From the NCBI GenBank assembly GCA_010909165.1, contig MU008182.1:620001-684000 (forward strand): DNA of 64,000 bases. Direction: 5' to 3'. The position numbers were made by a program, and so were the translations under genes. Source of the stretch: Anthoceros angustus (taxonomy: Eukaryota > Plantae > Anthocerotophyta). Under the pieces are notes generated by a model. The model searched no databases, was not told the origin of the DNA, and saw only the letters and a list, made by a program, of their open reading frames with translations. Positions 60,170 through 64,000 of this stretch are shown in pieces (position 1 is the first letter of the stretch; every line of letters begins with the position of its first letter).

Positions 60170-62500
60170 CTTGCACAACACCTTTCACTACCTGTAAGGC
60201 CTCTTTTGTGAGCACAAACAAAAGGTCATCACCATGTTGTCCATGCACCTCCATTTCAAACTTGCATGTCCGAACAATATGGGCTGGAGAATGCGATCGT
60301 TGTCCATATCCATTACAGCCAACCGGTGTCCTCTTGCAGTGTCTGGACCACGGACCACGAATCCCCGCTTTGTAAGTGACATTAGACCATGGGCAAGCAA
60401 TCGTGAAGCAATGTGTGCTTATGATAAGTAGGTAAAAGCTCGACCTTCATCTTCATGGTCGGCAAGTACAAGGAAGTTGTCCCGACTTGAGGACATCGCC
60501 ATGTCGACACATCAACGTCGGACTCGATGTCATTTTCACGAGATTAGCGAGGAGGGAAGGAGGACCGCATCCTCCAACAATGTTCTGCGTGATTGGCTTC
60601 CTCGAGTTACGCTGGGACCAATGCTCAGGCATGAGGTTTGATCCTCACAGGCGTCCAAGCCCAGTGTGTTTCAGTTTGAATGGTTGCTCTCAGCGATCAA
60701 CACAAAAGCATGCGTGCGCATCAGCAGTGCGTTGGGTCGCCATGCTACGGTAGATGCATTGTCTTGGAACCGAGAATAGGATCACAACCATGCTTGGCCC
60801 TCCTGTTTACCTCATGTTTACCAATTAACCAAAACCTGCACCCCATGCTGCCCGAGGCATATGAACTTGCTGCCCGATATGGTTGCGGACAAGTACTCCA
60901 CAACATCCGCTGCATTCGCCTTCTTTCGGAGATGACTCATTGCCGTAGCGATCGCTTCAAGATCCTTTTGCACCATCGTGCTCCCCTTCCCATGGCCACT
61001 CCCAAAGTATGACCGAGCATGTTACACCCATCCGTGAGGCTTGGGTAGCGAGCAATGAAATAGCTTAGCGGCATGCCTTGAACGGCTTGCGGCCCCATCC
61101 GACCAAAGACCAATGTTCCGGTGCAGGAAACCACGCATCCTGCATCCATTGCGGTCTTGAGCAAGCAATGTTGCACAAACAATGTCATGAACAAGATCAT
61201 CACTAATGTAAAATGGTAGTATTTCGATGGATGCGGGATCATGCATCCACGAGCTATTCCGGTAGAACACCAACACGAAGATTGATACCGATCATTTTGC
61301 CAGTGCATAGACTGTATCTCATTCTGGACACCAAATGCATAGTTCTGGGAGAAGTCCATGACAGAAACAACTACGTCTTGTGGAAACCATTCCAAGCATT
61401 GCCTGAACTCTATCCCTTGCCACCGTGCACAAAATCATGCAGCACAAACTCCTTGAGCTTTACCTTGAAGTGAAACACAAACTCTGAGGGGTGTGTTTCC
61501 ATGAACACAAGCTTGATACGTTTCTTATCATTCCCATCTGCGTCTCGACCAACCACTGTCGGAAACAACGCCACTTTAGAATAGCTTGTGGTTGAATGTC
61601 TACGGAGGTCTCTGATGGACAAAACAAAAGCTTGGGAATCCCACATCTGTCACAAGCCCCCTGCAGGCATGAAGGGCATGCCAGGCTTCATCTGGTCCCT
61701 TTGGACACAACAAACGCTCACATAGCTCCCTCACTGATTGCACAGAAGTGGAGGCAGCATTACATGAAAGGCTTGGTGTGGCTCCGATAGGGGCACATAC
61801 CATGCAGGAACAAAGGCAATGGCCACAGGAGTGAATCCTGGAAACTGAACCACGCAGGCCATTCAAAGCATCCTTTAAAATGCCATCTCTACGTGATATC
61901 TACAACAAGAAAGATTACGCTCGCAAACTCTTCACGTAAAAGGCTTCAACTTCTCAAATGTCCTTTGCCCAACATGGGCGTCCGGTGCTCCAAAAGCGGA
62001 GATAGAACTCATGCAGACACCACAACGACTTGTGTCGCTTGCTGAATGTATTCAGCCGAGTGGGCGATGGGTCATAGGAAAGTGACCCACTACCCACGTA
62101 TCCCAAGGACATGACCCCAAGCCCACTCGGACGAGCGGGCCAGCCACCTACGTGCATGACCATCGGGACAAGTAGCACTGTCGAATATGCACGATCCGTG
62201 GCCATGTGATTACAACAAGACCATAGAGTCACATAAATTGCGGTAGTCACCATGTTACATTTGAGGTGACCATGACACCATGCGAGGACCAAGCAAGTGT
62301 CCACGTGGTGGGCACTGTCATTGCACATGTCCCCGCCCACACCGTGACCATTGTGTCTTGGGAGGCTGGATGCCAAGAGGCCCAGTCGAGGGTGACCAAA
62401 GGGTGCGACAAAAATCTTGAATGGCGGTGAAGCCACGGGGGAGGCGAAGGAACCAAAACTTGAGATGCATTAACGCAAATCATGCCCAACATGCACCCCA
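60170..62500 (-). mobile_element. Degenerate DNA transposase of the DFS(E/Q)NY...SDD..H...SDGA...GHGKG type; superfamily uncertain (possibly CMC/Chapaev-like)
   Basis: KRIKLVFMETHPSEF...LKEFVLHDFV, VMDFSQNYAFGVQNEIQSMHW (61339-61356 for DFSQNY), YISDDLVHD..FVQHCL, WSDGAAS, YFIARYPSLTDGC, GSGHGKG (~60985-61005), ILKRSLRQ. Many frameshifts. Confidence 0.72.
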
Positions 62501-62556
62501 AGAGCATTGTGGAACAACATCTTGAACATCGATTCGAGCACCTTATACGACCTTAC

Positions 62557-64000
62557 GAGGAAAAAGCACAAGTACTAACATAATGGACCTAGCGCCAACC
62601 TGAGACATATCAAGGAAATGAGTGATATGTGTGATGAACGCCTTTAACACGATAATTTTTGAAGGGGGGGATATACTGACCCCCTTCGGCCGAGACAGCA
62701 CCCCCTTGTCACGAAGAACACCTTACCTAAAACAGCATATGTGCCCTACTTTGATAATGCACACACCCTTTCTGAGGTCATTCTTGTGATAAAAGATGCG
62801 TTTTCAAGTCAACACCCTAGAACTGGAGCACAGTAGGGTGGAGTGGGTGCATTTTTGTAGATTGTTTAGAGGTTGCCATTTTCATATGTTTTCTGGCAAG
62901 AAAACTTTTACTTGAAGTGGTGGAACACAATGAAGACAATCTTGTACTAGCGAGTCTCATTTCAATGGTCGTGAGAACATTGCAACAAACATCTGCTAAA
63001 GAAGGGAGTGGTCATCGGCATCGACAAAAGTCATTGAAGAGTGCGGCTGGCGACTCATCCATGCCTTGCAAACTGAGGAAAAAGCACAAGTACTAACATA
63101 ATGGACTAGACAACCCGAGACATATCAAGGAAATGAGTGATATGTGTGATGAACGCCTTTAACATAATTTTTGAAGGGGATATCACCCTTCGCCGAGACA
63201 AGACCCTTGTCACGAAGAAGAACACCTTACCTAAAACAAAGATATGTGCCCTACTTTGATAATGCACACACCCTTTACGAGGTCATTCTTGTGATAAAAG
63301 ATCGTTTTCAAGTCAACACCCTAGAACCGAGCATGAGGGTGTGGGTCGGTGTCAGATTGTTTAGAGGGTTGCCATTTTCATATGTTTTCACAACCGAAAA
63401 CTTTTACTTGAAGTGGTGGAACACAATGAAGACAATCTTGCATAGCGGAGTCTCATTTCAATGGTCGTGAGAACATTGCAACAAACATCCGCTAAAGAAG
63501 GGAGTGGTCATCGGCATCGACAAAAGTCATTGAAGAGTGCGGCTGGCGACTCATCCATGCCTTGCAAACTGAGGAAAAAGCACAAGTACTAACATAATGG
63601 ACTAGACAACCCGAGACATATCAAGGAAATGAGTGATATGTGTGATGAACGCCTTTAACATAATTTTTGAAGGGGATATCACCCTTCGCCGAGACAAGAC
63701 CCTTGTCACGAAGAAGAACACCTTACCTAAAACAAAGATATGTGCCCTACTTTGATAATGCACACACCCTTTACGAGGTCATTCTTGTGATAAAAGATCG
63801 TTTTCAAGTCAACACCCTAGAACCGAGCATGAGGGTGTGGGTCGGTGTCAGATTGTTTAGAGGGTTGCCATTTTCATATGTTTTCACAACCGAAAACTTT
63901 TACTTGAAGTGGTGGAACACAATGAAGACAATCTTGCATAGCGGAGTCTCATTTCAATGGTCGTGAGAACATTGCAACAAACATCCGCTAAAGAAGGGAG
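62557..64000. repeat. 496-bp tandem array (noisy copy 62557-63074, clean copies from 63075 and 63571), running off the window end
   Basis: Identical 99-aa ORF calls offset by exactly 496 bp. Confidence 0.92.

Noticed and set aside
63171-63966. Duplicated 99-aa ORF
   Set aside because: Not preserved in the first array copy; no domain signal.

Overview
Eukaryotic nuclear DNA from a compact plant genome. Short GT-AG introns and plastid/mitochondrial targeting peptides suggest a non-seed land plant; the lineage is my inference. The window has three zones. (1) 1-6.7 kb: a tandemly duplicated ~2.2 kb degenerate LTR-retroelement-derived unit (tRNA-iMet-like PBS, minisatellites, an 85-nt hairpin), then AT-rich repeats. 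(2) 7.2-31.7 kb: a gene island with a plastid inositol monophosphatase (IMPL1-like, -), a very large repeat-expanded, probably mitochondrial protein (+), an F-box/PP2 protein (+), an OTS/ULP-type SUMO protease (+), an intronless coproporphyrinogen III oxidase (+) and VPS53 (-). (3) 32.6-64 kb: nested transposable elements, namely a 3'-truncated CRE-like non-LTR fragment with a C2H2 finger ending in a perfect 30-bp palindrome, a ~19 kb Ty3/gypsy element (-) with ~5 kb LTRs, and a degenerate DNA transposase facing a second ORF with a related C-terminal domain. The most unusual observation is that the LTR U3 appears to contain a long same-sense protein-coding ORF. Repeats show many small indels and staggered local duplications, probably partly long-read assembly noise, so TE frameshifts and copy numbers need checking. 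All family assignments come from motif recognition and memory, not database searches.
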